Source: Candidatus Obscuribacteraceae bacterium (lineage in GTDB: Bacteria; Cyanobacteriota; Vampirovibrionia; Obscuribacterales; Obscuribacteraceae). From it: 64,000 nucleotides of DNA. The DNA is taken from assembly GCA_044229845.1 (NCBI GenBank), contig JBGASG010000008.1:1-64000 (forward strand), read 5' to 3'. The position numbers and the translations under genes are program-made. This document shows positions 1 through 10,101 of this stretch, piece by piece. Under the pieces are notes generated by a model. It did no database searches, was not told the DNA's origin, and worked only from the letters and a program-made list of their open reading frames with translations. Within the stretch, counting starts at the first letter, position 1. Each line of letters begins with the position of its first letter.

Positions 1-323
1 TTCATGAGAGAAACGAGACGTACTTCATCGAAGCCGCTGACGTGGACGCCGTCCACTTCGAAGCAGCAGCGGTAGCTGCCGTCTTTGAGAACGATCACGC
101 CCAGCCCGGATTGCTGGTCTTGAAACAGATCCCAAAGTGGCAGAAGACCGGCGGCAGAAGCATGCGCTCTGGGCACCGGGCAAGAAGGCAACTTGGACAA
201 TCCGACGGAAGCAGCGGTGTCGGTCTGTCCGCGTCTGTTGAGCAGTCCGCCCAGCAGTCCGCCAGCGTTGCCGCCGCCATTGCCGTTTCCAGTTTTGTAG
301 TTTCTTGATAGTGAAGAAGCCAT
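1..323 (-). CDS. 5' part of a TraC/VirB4-N-like conjugation-associated protein (runs off window edge)
   Basis: Hand translation from ATG at 323: MASSLSRN...LLPLWDLF...GVIVLKDGSYRCCFEVDGVHVSGFDEVRL; resembles the 'GxIvLKDGSxR' N-terminus of PrgI-linked TraC/VirB4-associated proteins; open to window edge; not in ORF track. Confidence 0.6.
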   Translation of the reverse strand, partial: MASSLSRNYKTGNGNGGGNAGGLLGGLLNRRGQTDTAASVGLSKLPSCPVPRAHASAAGLLPLWDLFQDQQSGLGVIVLKDGSYRCCFEVDGVHVSGFDEVRLVSLM

Positions 324-423
324 TTTCGTTCTTTTCGTTTTTCGGTGGTGTGGGTGTGGTCTTGGTCGAGGTCTTGGTCGATTCGATGTTTGAGTGGTCT
401 TGGACTTGGGCTTGGACTTGAGG

Positions 424-1113
424 TTAGATAGCCGGAAGACGCAGTGGGCGTTTCGGGCAGAAGAGGCGCTCCACCAGATGTGGTGGCAGCAGTGTGTGCG
501 ACGGGTCAGCAGCGATTGCTTGCACTTTCTGACGGGTGATCAGTTGCTTGGGCAAACGCGAGCTAAGCGTAGCTTTGTTGAAATGACGAACGGCGGTGGT
601 GAAGTCACTGAGTTGACGGCAGATTTCAGCCATCAGGTAGTGATAATAACCACGGTCTCCGCCCCAGCTCTTATCGAAGAGAGCTTTGTCGAGTTCTTGA
701 GCCGCCAGGTCCAGCCAGCGCTGGTAGGGCAGATCGGCTTCGCGCGAGCACCAGCCGCCATTGAGCGCGATCAACGCCAGTTCGACATGACTGGCGCCGG
801 CGGAACGGGCGGTGATGAAAGCATTGGCGAACTTGCGCGGATATTCGATCGAGTCGGAAACGGCGAAGCACTCAGCTTCAAGCATCTTGATCTCGAAGTG
901 CGAAATCCAATTGCCATACCCGCAATCAAGGCATAGTCCGATCAGCGCGGCGCGGATTGCCGGGTCAGGCAGCACGCGGTGCAGATCGGTCTCAAGAGCC
1001 GTGCGGGATGTAATCGCCGGAACGTTCAACAAGTAGGGTGTGTCGAACTGGGCGTTGCAAGCCGGGCATACGGCTATCGCTTGTCGCAGTTTGAATTCGT
1101 CCGTGAGATGCAT
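424..1113 (-). CDS. DUF2225-like protein (CxxC...CxxC plus TPR-like C-terminus)
   Basis: CPACNAQF...ETDLH...CLDCGY and YLMAEICRQLSDFTTA helical end. Confidence 0.7.
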   Translation of the reverse strand: MHLTDEFKLRQAIAVCPACNAQFDTPYLLNVPAITSRTALETDLHRVLPDPAIRAALIGLCLDCGYGNWISHFEIKMLEAECFAVSDSIEYPRKFANAFITARSAGASHVELALIALNGGWCSREADLPYQRWLDLAAQELDKALFDKSWGGDRGYYHYLMAEICRQLSDFTTAVRHFNKATLSSRLPKQLITRQKVQAIAADPSHTLLPPHLVERLFCPKRPLRLPAI

Positions 1114-1206
1114 TCGTTTGGGTCGCCGTTTTCGGTGGAGAGGCTGATTGCGTCAGGCATTGCCTGCGTGCTTATAGATTAGGTGTTGCTCACCCTCGGG
1201 TAAATC

Positions 1207-1240
1207 GGGGGAAATCCCCCAAGCATGGTGGAATGCCCAT
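1207..1240. promoter_or_regulatory. Tandem 14-bp GGGAA/TTCCC-type palindromic boxes upstream of the DUF2225-like gene
   Basis: GGGGGAAATCCCCC (1207-1220) and GGTGGAATGCCCAT (1227-1240); related boxes at 4030, 10953-10986 and 12862. Confidence 0.4.
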
Positions 1241-1585
1241 CTCACTTGTCTGCCGTGGGAAAAATACGTAGTCGAATTAATGCTGCGCACAGCGCAAAAA
1301 TTCAGGTCGCGACCCGCGAAATTTCATAAAGCCACGCGAAATTTCATGGAAGTCGGCCGAGATTTTATCTTGGCCGCAGATCGAATTGAAATCGCACCAC
1401 CGTTTTCGAATTATTGAGCGACGGTGGCCACCTACACGGCCACCCAGCCCTCCGATTTTGGCAATACAGGCGAAGTTGTCCACCCACCCGGCCAACATGA
1501 ACAGATTTGGCCATGCTGGCGGCCAGCGTCTATGAATCCGCCTTGTGGCGGACCAGCAGTCACACGGAAATGCTAGTTGATCGAC

Positions 1586-1924
1586 TTATTCCGGGAAGTC
1601 GACCAGGGTTTCGTCAGTTAGGAAACGGACTGGGTTGGGATCTGGACCGGGGATGTAGACCGAGGAACTGACGTAGAAGCTCATTACCTGCTCCCACTTG
1701 TTGCCCGAGTCGTTCATGGTGACAAGTGCGTACAGCGGACCCAGACCAAACAAAAAGAGCGCGATAATCGTGCGCAAATCGTGTCCATAAAATGGAATCG
1801 GATTGAGCCACGAATACAGTTGGCTGGCTGCGATTAGACCGCCCAGAATGGCAATCAGTTGGTCGTATCGCAAACCAAATAACTTTGGTTGGTCTTCTAA
1901 ATTGAGAGGGGTGATGTCGTCCAC
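1586..1924 (-). CDS. PrgI/VirB3-like two-TM T4SS membrane protein
   Basis: 112 aa, PLNLEDQPKLFGLRYDQL followed by two hydrophobic helices, as in PrgI-family proteins. Confidence 0.6.
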   Translation of the reverse strand: MDDITPLNLEDQPKLFGLRYDQLIAILGGLIAASQLYSWLNPIPFYGHDLRTIIALFLFGLGPLYALVTMNDSGNKWEQVMSFYVSSSVYIPGPDPNPVRFLTDETLVDFPE

Positions 1925-1963
1925 TGTTCTCTAAGTCCTTGTTCTTGTTGCTGTCCTGAATAA

Positions 1964-3958
1964 TTAATTGCCGCGGTAGCCACGCAGCCAATTGATGCGG
2001 CGCGCTTGCTGAGAGAGGGCGAGATAACTTTCAACGCGTGCCACCGCGTCTGAGACGTCCATTTGGGCGCCGCCGGATTCGTCGGTATCCATGACCTGCG
2101 GCTGTTGTTGCACCGGCTGCACCGGTTGCTGATGCGGCTGGTGAGAAACCTGCTGTTGCGGCTGGGAATACTGAGGTTGCGGCGGATAAGTTTCGGAAGG
2201 TGCAGCATAATTTCCGCCGCCGCCACCGCCAGACATGGCATAGCTGGCTGCCGGCATAGCTGAAGTATAGGCTTGTTGCGCCGCGTGAACAGGTTGGGCG
2301 GGCGGCGATGCATAATTGACTGCCGGAGCCAGGGCTTGCGGTGCAGAAACTGCGAAGCGGTCGCGCCGACGGCGTTTCTTCTTCTTAAGCGGTGCTGCGT
2401 TCACATCGCCGGTGAGGGTGATGGCTGGAATGATTGCCTCAATTGGGATGTCTTCTTCGAATTCGTCGTCGAATTCTTCTTCGTCGTCGTTGTATGCCGG
2501 CAGCAATGTTGTCGGCTCAATAGAATAGACGACCGCCGGACCTGCTGACGCGGCTGGAGCCATGGGCGCCGGAGCGGCTGGTGCTACTGCTGGTGCCGGA
2601 GCTGGTGCCACGGGGATCGGAACCGCCACAGCTGACGCCTGCGCGGCAACGTATGTATTGATGACTTGATTCTGGTAGCGCTCGAAAGCTTCGATCTCGG
2701 CTTCAGTAGGAGCCGCTACAACGGCTTGAGCGTTGTTGGCGGCAGCCATAGCCGCCGCTGTATGTGCCACCCATTTATCAGATTCGAAGGACTCGGGTTG
2801 AGCAGCCGGCTGCGGTTGCTGTTGATTGTTGTAGTCGCTCGTCCAGGTGTCGGCGGCAGGCTCTGCTGCAGCATCCGGCGACGATGGACGGCGGAAGTAG
2901 TGAGAGTGGACGCGTGCCTCGACCTTGTTGTGTGCGGTGGCGGCAGCAGCGGGAGCTTCGGGCAGTACAACATGTTCTTTGCCGGCCGGCAAGACATCGC
3001 TGTAGGCATCGTGATCGTCGCTGGAGCCGGTCTGTCCGTTGCCGGTGTGAGGGAAGCTCTCTCTGACGAAAGCCGATCTGTCAGCTGGCACCGCCGATGG
3101 TGCAGCCGGCGTCACCGGCGATTGCGGAGCCGGCGTCACGCTGACTGTGGCAGCCCGCTTAACAGGCGGCGGAGTGAGCGGCTTGCTGATTTCGACACCG
3201 AGGATGGCAGCCAGTTTTTCGTTCGGCTTCTGAGCCGGCATGGGCGGAACAGGCAGTTCTTCGATCTCTTCATAGATAACATCTGGTGATGACACCGCGA
3301 TGAAGACTTCGCGCACCATCGCCGCCGGCAACGATGTCGGTGCACTGTGACTGTTCTGAGCCAGCATCCGTTGCCGAGTTATCAACTCTTTCGGGACGCT
3401 GTGGTCTTTGAGAGCGAGGTCATAGTGACGAATCGCTCTATCGAACTGCCGAAGCTGTCGCCAGATTTCGGCCATCATTAGATGTCCGAGTCCGTCTTCT
3501 TCAGCAGAAAGTGGATTGTCAGCCAATCCACGCGCATGTTCAAATGCGGCCAATTCCAACCAGAGATCATCCGGTTCACCAGCTTCTCGTGCCGCCCAAC
3601 ATCCGTTGAGGGCAATAAACGCCAGGTCCAGCGGGTGCATGTTATTGTCACGGCCGGTCTTGACGGCGAGAGCATATTTTTGAGCAGCCGGGCACTCGCT
3701 GCGCGGAACGACGTTCACCTTCAGTGGAACTCGGGTGAACGTGCTGGTCCAGGACGCGAAGTGACAATCCGGGCAGACAGCTATTAAAGCGGCACGCAGG
3801 TCGGCATTGGGCAGAACGCGGTGCAGGTCTGCTTCGACTTGATCGAGATCGGAGATCGGCGGTATTTCTACAAGCGCCGATGTCGCAAATGCGAGCCCGC
3901 AACTGCGACAAATCACGACTATGTCTTTTAGCTTGAAGTCTGTCTGGGTGGATTCCAT
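1964..3958 (-). CDS. DUF2225-like domain protein with long Pro/Ala/Gln-rich disordered tail
   Basis: CRSCGLAF...EADLHRVLP...CPDCHFA, IALNGCW, LMMAEIWRQL: paralog of 424-1113; ATG at 3958 (ORF track TTG 3991). Confidence 0.7.
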   Translation of the reverse strand: MESTQTDFKLKDIVVICRSCGLAFATSALVEIPPISDLDQVEADLHRVLPNADLRAALIAVCPDCHFASWTSTFTRVPLKVNVVPRSECPAAQKYALAVKTGRDNNMHPLDLAFIALNGCWAAREAGEPDDLWLELAAFEHARGLADNPLSAEEDGLGHLMMAEIWRQLRQFDRAIRHYDLALKDHSVPKELITRQRMLAQNSHSAPTSLPAAMVREVFIAVSSPDVIYEEIEELPVPPMPAQKPNEKLAAILGVEISKPLTPPPVKRAATVSVTPAPQSPVTPAAPSAVPADRSAFVRESFPHTGNGQTGSSDDHDAYSDVLPAGKEHVVLPEAPAAAATAHNKVEARVHSHYFRRPSSPDAAAEPAADTWTSDYNNQQQPQPAAQPESFESDKWVAHTAAAMAAANNAQAVVAAPTEAEIEAFERYQNQVINTYVAAQASAVAVPIPVAPAPAPAVAPAAPAPMAPAASAGPAVVYSIEPTTLLPAYNDDEEEFDDEFEEDIPIEAIIPAITLTGDVNAAPLKKKKRRRRDRFAVSAPQALAPAVNYASPPAQPVHAAQQAYTSAMPAASYAMSGGGGGGNYAAPSETYPPQPQYSQPQQQVSHQPHQQPVQPVQQQPQVMDTDESGGAQMDVSDAVARVESYLALSQQARRINWLRGYRGN

Positions 3959-4113
3959 CGGCTTTCCGATAGGTCTGAGGGCGTTGTACAACAGATAAAT
4001 TTTAGAGCCGCAGCGACGTTGAGGGAATAAGTGGAATTCCCATAGGCCATGGGACTTCTACTCTAAAAAACGCCCGTTTCCAAGACTAGTTGAGGTTACG
4101 AGACCGGTTCAGC

Positions 4114-7100
4114 TTACGGGGTGCCGCGACCGCCGCCGCCGCCGCCACCGGTACCGGGGGCGCGCGGCATCGACATTTGCACCAGGCGATCCCAAACGGC
4201 GCGCTGAGCGGCATCATTCATGTCGAGGTGTGCCGGACCTGTACCGCGAGCGCTGAAGGCTTGAGATTGCTGGACGACGCCGAGATTCTTCGGACTCAAG
4301 CGCACCATTTCGCACTGAGCGACACCCTGAACGTTGTTGGCTCCCATGGCTTCCTGAATCGCCACCTGACGTGCCTCGTACACCGCCATGCCGGCGTTGA
4401 GGTCGCCCAGAGTCATGCGATCCATGTTGCCGCCGTTGTCGAGGTATTCTTCGATGACCTGAATCGGCGTGTCATTGATGCTGTGAACGTGCTCGGCGCC
4501 GATCAGGCGAGCGGCTACGTTAATTGCAGGCAGCGTGTATCCGCTGGTGCCGCTCTGGTTGACGGCTTCCACCGCCAGGTTGACCACGCCGCGGTCGCCC
4601 ATTTGCGAATCGGAGAATCTGCCGGCACGCTGGACGTTGACTGCAGTGTGTTCGATACGCGATGCGTAGTTCGGCACTTGATGCGCCAGTTCGTTCATCA
4701 ACATGTTCATCGGCAGCGAGTCGGCATTGGCTATGCCGCTGTCGCCAGCCAGATCGCGAGCGAACATTTCGAAGACCTTCGGCGCGGCTTGTGGATTGCG
4801 GCAGCCTTCTCCGATACGGATGATGGCGCGCATTTCGCCGGCATCGATGCGATCTCCACCATGCATGGCGGCGTTCTCGATGGCGAAGTTGATAGTTTGA
4901 CGTGTCGGTGCGACACCGATGTCGCTCAGGCGGCCGACGTGCACAGCGGAGCGCAGATCGGTAACTTGACCGGTGCGATAAGGCTCGGCTTGACGGATCA
5001 AATTATTGATGTCGCCGGGGCTCGGATCTGTATTGCCGGTCGCGATCGCGTATTCGACGACGTGCGGAGCGACGGCGCGTGAACCACCAGCTGAGTGCAG
5101 GTTGGTGATAGCGCGAATGTGCACGCTGTCCATGCGCTCGAGGGCGCCGCCTTGCGACACGTTTTCGAACACGGCTTGCAAGGTGCCTGCGGTGCTCGGG
5201 CTGGAACGATCGTTGATGACGGTGCGCATGACGGCGAACTTGCCTTGAGCTTGCGGCGAGTAGACATTGTGAATGTCGTTGCCCATGAAGTTCATGGCGG
5301 CGCTGGCAGTGTCTTCGTTCAAGAACAGTTTGGCATCGAGACCGGAGGCATTGGCTACTTTCATACCTTGCACGGTGCCGACGGACAACGTAGCGAATGC
5401 TTCCTGGTGCGTTTCACCCGGCAGCGGCTCGATATTGTAATAGAGGTCGCGCATCGTGCTGATGTTGCGCGGGCTGACACCGGCGCGCAGTCTGCCTGTC
5501 GCGGCAGCGGCGTGCGGCATGACGGCGGACATGGCGCCATAGCTCTTCGGTAGATCCATACCGGTCTCGGCGGCCAGTTGCATGACCGGCGCAGCGAAGG
5601 TCGGGCTGCTGTCGGCCCCACCAGATCCGGTGTCGAGTGCGACAGCGGCTTCCACTTCCGATTGCGGCAAGGCTCTCGCCATTTCGGCGTGGGCTTGTGC
5701 AAATACTGAAGGATCGAGATGTCCATAGTTGGCTTTCGCTTCGGCGAATGTGTAGCGCAGGAGCGCCGGCACTGCCAGTTTGCGGCGAGACGGGTGCATA
5801 GCCATGACGGCCGGGTTCTGCATGGCGCCTCTGGTTTGCGCAGAAATTGGAATACCGCCAGAGACCAGGGCATCGGTAGCTGGACCAATGGCCGGGTTCC
5901 ATGGAGATTCGCTGCATTCCGGATCGGTTAAGATGAAGGTCGCGGCCGTGTCCATCTTGTCGTCCCAATCGCCATACTTGCCGCGCAGGTAGTCGGTGAA
6001 CGCATTGCCTTGCTGTCCAGACACGTAAGCTGCCGAGCCGGCGGCGGCGACTGCATATCTTTGCTGGGCGAAACGCTCTTTGGCGCGCACTGTTTGTTTG
6101 AAACTGCTGCCCGTGGCGGCGTACCAGTTGGCGGCCAGGTTTTCGAACAAGCCCTTCGGTTTGTCGGCGCCGGCATCTATTGCGGCTTGTCTGGCGGCGT
6201 CGGAACCGACTACGTCATTGGTGGCTTCCTGGGCATAGGATGCAGCCATGATACCGTGAGCCATTTCGCCATCGCTGGCACCGCGGCGCACGTTAATACG
6301 TGTGGCACCGTTCCTGGCATCACCTTGAACGCCCGTTGATTCCTGGTCGAAGTGAATACCGATACCATTGACCTGACGCAACTGACCGATCACCTTACGG
6401 TAAGGGACCACAGCCAGGTTTGGCTCGTTCCATCCGCGCGGTGTGCTGACCGGCATCTGGAATTGCTCTTCGTTCGGATTCGGAACTCCGCCAGCGCCGT
6501 TGGGTGCGTTCGGATTATTTGGATTGTTGGGGTTGTTCGGGTTGTTCGGATCTTGACCGAGCGCGAACGCTGCGGCTTGTTGACCCGGAGTGAGAGGTGC
6601 TTGTTGGCCAGCCTGACGTCCAGCCATCACACTACCGAGAGCAGCGGCGCCTGCCATACCGGCAGCCATGGTGCCCACGCCAGGCGTGGTGGGAGTCGGT
6701 GTGCCCGGTCTGGGAGTGCCGCCCGGAGTCGTGGGAGTTGTCGGGGTCGTTGGCGTTCCCGGCGTTCCTGGCGTTCCCGGTGTAGTTGGTGTTGCCGTCG
6801 GCGTGGTCGGCAGTCCGGTTCCTGTTGAAGGCGGAACATGCGCACCGGAAGCGGCGCCGGTGCCAGGAGCACCCGGAGTTCCCGGAGTAGTGATAGGTGC
6901 AGTCGGGTTCGTGCCCAGGGCATGCGCAGCAGCTGCAGCACCAGGCGTCAAGCCTGTGGTACCGGCACCGGTGGCGCCTGTACCTGGGGCGCCGGGCGTC
7001 CCCGTGCCTGGTGTGCCGGGAGTTCTGATACCAGGCGGTGTGCCAGGCGTAGCGGCACCGGCGGTCGGATTGGCTCCGATGCCTTGCTGACGCAGACGCT

Positions 7101-8832
7101 CGCGCTCTGTTTTGGAGACATTCTTGAGAGATTCGACTTGTGCCTGGTTGGTTGCTTCATGCGGCAGACCTTCCATAGCATTGTTGGTGGTGCCTTGCGT
7201 GCCGCGGGCGCCGTACTTCTGGTTCATGTGATAGTCGAACAGTTGTCCGGTGCGAGCCTTGGCAGTCGAGCCCATCCAGCCCAACATCTTGAAGAGACCA
7301 CCTGTGATCAAGCCGGCGGAGATGAAGTCCGACATCGGGCTGATCTGGGCTCTTGCAAGGAACGTCGGCACTTGAATCATCATCTGCAGTACGCCGATGG
7401 CGATCAGAATTTTGCCCCAGGGGTTGAAGTTGGAGAACATGATGATCACCATGATCTTCAACAAGCCGACCCAGACGAATGTCCACAAGCTGGTTTCGAC
7501 GAAGGCGCGGACGAAACCGGTGGCGACCGACTCTGTGGAAGGCGTAGCGTAGAAGACCAGGAAGATAGGAGCGAACATGTATTGCGCAGTCAACAGCGCA
7601 GTTTGAATCGCTTTCAAAACGAGGATGTAGACCAGCTCGGCTACCAGAATGCCGCCGAGGATCAAGAAGATAACCAGACCGGCAAATGCGAAGACTTCGC
7701 CGATAGTCATACCGACCGGTCCTGCCAGAACGCCGCCCAGAAGTGGGGCGAACGCGTTGGTCAGACCACCGATACCGGCGAGGATACCGCCGCGGACTGC
7801 CGATGCCAGAGCGGCATCAAGCATCATGACCTGGTCGAATGTATTGAAGTAGATCGCCTTGATCATTTCATTGGTGATCTGAACTTCGAAAGCGTAGAGA
7901 GTCGGCCATGCAAGCATTAGACCGGCGGTGAAGATCAAGCGACCGACGGCACCCATGAGGTTGCCGGCGCCGCGCCAGGCGGCTTCAATCCAGTACTTCC
8001 AGATAGCGAGGATGAAGAGGAGAAGCAAAAGGTCGACAGCGATACCGTACATGACGTCAGCAGCCTGACGAATGTAGGGCGAGATGCCGTCGTTGGTGGA
8101 GTTGTTGAGACCGTTGACTGCAACGTTCGGGTTGAGCACGAACACGCGCAGGAAGCCGGCGAGGAAGTTGACGGTGTCAGCCACCCAACCGTTAATAAGT
8201 TCGCTGATCCACTTACCGATCAACTGACCGATGTTGCCGAACAGGTTGCCGATGATGTCGTCTTTGAAGAACTGGTGCATACCGGTGTAGGTATCGTTGA
8301 TGGAGCCGAGGCTCTCATCAATCAAGTTGTTCACATCAGTCTGCGCCGAATAATTGGCTTGTTCGGTGCCCTGGAAAATCAGTGTCGACAGTTGCTCGCT
8401 CTGTCCGTACGGGTTGTCGCGGCGCAGGATGTCGTCGACGTTTCTTTGAATACCGCCGATAGTTCCCTGTCCGCCATGCACGTTGATTTCTGCCGACGTG
8501 TTGCTTTGCGGCACGAAACCCATAGCGTCAATATAAGGATTCTTGACCGTGGCATCAGTGTTTCTTGCATTGCCGTCCGGCTGCTGGCTGCCGCCGTTCT
8601 GCTGTTGGCTCCCCGGTCCTGGCTCCATGGTTTGAGCGAAAGCCGCCAATCCAAGAACTTGGATTGCCACCATGATGAAGAGGCAAACGAACGCCGAGAT
8701 TTTTCTCCCAGAAACGCGTTTTTGCTGAAGTAGACTTTCTGTCTTCTTCAGCGCTTTGGATTTCAGTTTTTGTGAGGATCTCGGGGTGGACATCTTCGAG
8801 GTGAATCTTTTGAGAAGCGGGCTTGACGCCAT
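4114..8832 (-). CDS. Extended VirB6/TrbL-like polytopic membrane protein (1572 aa)
   Basis: Multiple TM segments at about aa 260-520 with a VirB6-like pattern (LKAIQTALLTAQYMFAPIFLVF...TPST...F), TPG/NNP low-complexity linker, large C-terminal domain; lies between pilin-like and PrgI-like genes. Confidence 0.6.
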   Translation of the reverse strand: MASSPLLKRFTSKMSTPRSSQKLKSKALKKTESLLQQKRVSGRKISAFVCLFIMVAIQVLGLAAFAQTMEPGPGSQQQNGGSQQPDGNARNTDATVKNPYIDAMGFVPQSNTSAEINVHGGQGTIGGIQRNVDDILRRDNPYGQSEQLSTLIFQGTEQANYSAQTDVNNLIDESLGSINDTYTGMHQFFKDDIIGNLFGNIGQLIGKWISELINGWVADTVNFLAGFLRVFVLNPNVAVNGLNNSTNDGISPYIRQAADVMYGIAVDLLLLLFILAIWKYWIEAAWRGAGNLMGAVGRLIFTAGLMLAWPTLYAFEVQITNEMIKAIYFNTFDQVMMLDAALASAVRGGILAGIGGLTNAFAPLLGGVLAGPVGMTIGEVFAFAGLVIFLILGGILVAELVYILVLKAIQTALLTAQYMFAPIFLVFYATPSTESVATGFVRAFVETSLWTFVWVGLLKIMVIIMFSNFNPWGKILIAIGVLQMMIQVPTFLARAQISPMSDFISAGLITGGLFKMLGWMGSTAKARTGQLFDYHMNQKYGARGTQGTTNNAMEGLPHEATNQAQVESLKNVSKTERERLRQQGIGANPTAGAATPGTPPGIRTPGTPGTGTPGAPGTGATGAGTTGLTPGAAAAAHALGTNPTAPITTPGTPGAPGTGAASGAHVPPSTGTGLPTTPTATPTTPGTPGTPGTPTTPTTPTTPGGTPRPGTPTPTTPGVGTMAAGMAGAAALGSVMAGRQAGQQAPLTPGQQAAAFALGQDPNNPNNPNNPNNPNAPNGAGGVPNPNEEQFQMPVSTPRGWNEPNLAVVPYRKVIGQLRQVNGIGIHFDQESTGVQGDARNGATRINVRRGASDGEMAHGIMAASYAQEATNDVVGSDAARQAAIDAGADKPKGLFENLAANWYAATGSSFKQTVRAKERFAQQRYAVAAAGSAAYVSGQQGNAFTDYLRGKYGDWDDKMDTAATFILTDPECSESPWNPAIGPATDALVSGGIPISAQTRGAMQNPAVMAMHPSRRKLAVPALLRYTFAEAKANYGHLDPSVFAQAHAEMARALPQSEVEAAVALDTGSGGADSSPTFAAPVMQLAAETGMDLPKSYGAMSAVMPHAAAATGRLRAGVSPRNISTMRDLYYNIEPLPGETHQEAFATLSVGTVQGMKVANASGLDAKLFLNEDTASAAMNFMGNDIHNVYSPQAQGKFAVMRTVINDRSSPSTAGTLQAVFENVSQGGALERMDSVHIRAITNLHSAGGSRAVAPHVVEYAIATGNTDPSPGDINNLIRQAEPYRTGQVTDLRSAVHVGRLSDIGVAPTRQTINFAIENAAMHGGDRIDAGEMRAIIRIGEGCRNPQAAPKVFEMFARDLAGDSGIANADSLPMNMLMNELAHQVPNYASRIEHTAVNVQRAGRFSDSQMGDRGVVNLAVEAVNQSGTSGYTLPAINVAARLIGAEHVHSINDTPIQVIEEYLDNGGNMDRMTLGDLNAGMAVYEARQVAIQEAMGANNVQGVAQCEMVRLSPKNLGVVQQSQAFSARGTGPAHLDMNDAAQRAVWDRLVQMSMPRAPGTGGGGGGGRGTP

Positions 8833-8948
8833 TTAGTTCGGACCTTGGAGCATCACTATAAGCGAAGGGGTGCTTGCTGTCAGTGGGGAAAACCGTGCCC
8901 CTAAGAATTGGGCTGGTGATTTCTCACCAGCCCATTCAGGAGTTCTTT

Positions 8949-9365
8949 TTAGAGACCGCCGCCCAGTCCGCCGAAGTTGTTGATGGCGAAGGTGCCGATC
9001 AAGTGGACCGCTGTCGGTCCGCCGAATCCTACACCGAGACCTTTGGCTACGTTCATCGCAGATTCGCCGCCGTCTCTCTGACCGAAAGCGATCTTCATAC
9101 CGGCGAGGGACGAAGGCACTGTGGAGAGAGCGGTGACAACGCGGCTGACGTCACGAGCTGTGTCGTAACCGTAGTCAGCCAACATACCTACTTCGTTCGA
9201 TTGACCGTAACGTGGGTCTACCGGTGCGCCGACCAAACCTTGGGCATGAGCTGCTTGGTCATAAATGCCAAACGCCATGAGCAAAAGTTGGGGAGCAAGG
9301 AGAAATCCCACTCGGGAGGCAACCTTGAAAGCATGAGACGAGGTGATGGTTTTGATGGTTACCAT
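8949..9365 (-). CDS. VirB2/TrbC-like pilin candidate
   Basis: 138 aa, signal peptide ending AAHA, then two Gly-rich hydrophobic segments separated by GQRDGG; directly upstream of the VirB6-like gene. Confidence 0.45.
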   Translation of the reverse strand: MVTIKTITSSHAFKVASRVGFLLAPQLLLMAFGIYDQAAHAQGLVGAPVDPRYGQSNEVGMLADYGYDTARDVSRVVTALSTVPSSLAGMKIAFGQRDGGESAMNVAKGLGVGFGGPTAVHLIGTFAINNFGGLGGGL

Positions 9366-9431
9366 AGTTTTGTGAACCTCCTAGTTCGAAAATCAATTTG
9401 AGTGAGTGGAGTGAAAAATTTGATCGGTTGG

Positions 9432-10097
9432 TTAGTGGCGGCGGATGATGGTACCGCTGACTGTGGTCGAGGTGCTTACGCTGCTAGAGCCGAGCGCCGG
9501 CAACGAAGGTCCAGCTGTATAGCCGAATCCTGGCTTGTAAGCGGCAACGGCGGGTCCGGCAGCAAGACCTGTCGGTCTTTGCACCGGGCGTTTCTTGATT
9601 ACGCCAGACACAGCGGTGTTGACAGTGCGCGGAGCGCTAGCTTGACGCGTCTGTCCCATCGGTTGTGACATAGCTTGTTGAGGAGCCACTGCAGGGATCA
9701 TCGGGGCAGTCGATGGTTGCAGAGCAATTTGTTGAGCTGGTCCCGCTGGTCTGCCGAACGCCGGGTTGAAGGTACCCTTCGCTACAACAGGAGTCGAGAT
9801 CATTCTCGGGGTGACATTTTGTTGGATCTGCGGAGGAGGAGCCGGCTTCGAGAAGAAGTTCGGATCGTTTCCGCCGAGGAGTGAATTGCCTTTCGGCACC
9901 GAACCAGCTCTCACATTGTGGAACTCGGCCGGGATGGTGTTCGGGATTCTGGCAGTTTCTGTTTTCCAGACCGAAGGCGCGAAGTTGAAGCGGTTGCCGC
10001 GTTCTTTCGGACCCGAAGGTTGTGCTTCTTGAGCCATAGCTGCTTGAGCGCAGGCGATAGTGGAGAGGAGGAGAGCGATAGATAGGCTTAATTTCAT
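9432..10097 (-). CDS. Secreted Pro/Gln-rich hypothetical protein
   Basis: MKLSLSIALLLSTIACAQAAMA signal peptide; ATG at 10097. Confidence 0.7.
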   Translation of the reverse strand: MKLSLSIALLLSTIACAQAAMAQEAQPSGPKERGNRFNFAPSVWKTETARIPNTIPAEFHNVRAGSVPKGNSLLGGNDPNFFSKPAPPPQIQQNVTPRMISTPVVAKGTFNPAFGRPAGPAQQIALQPSTAPMIPAVAPQQAMSQPMGQTRQASAPRTVNTAVSGVIKKRPVQRPTGLAAGPAVAAYKPGFGYTAGPSLPALGSSSVSTSTTVSGTIIRRH

Positions 10098-10101
10098 TGT
10101 C

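Noticed and set aside
350..425. CTTGG-rich short repeats
   Set aside because: Degenerate low-complexity intergenic sequence without clear structure
6500..7070. Short tandem repeats (9-bp NNP and TPG units)
   Set aside because: Coding low-complexity linker, no unique spacers; not CRISPR
4090..8733. Long plus-strand ORFs opposite the VirB6-like gene (and similar shadows elsewhere)
   Set aside because: Antisense shadow ORFs expected in high-GC3 genes; no motifs
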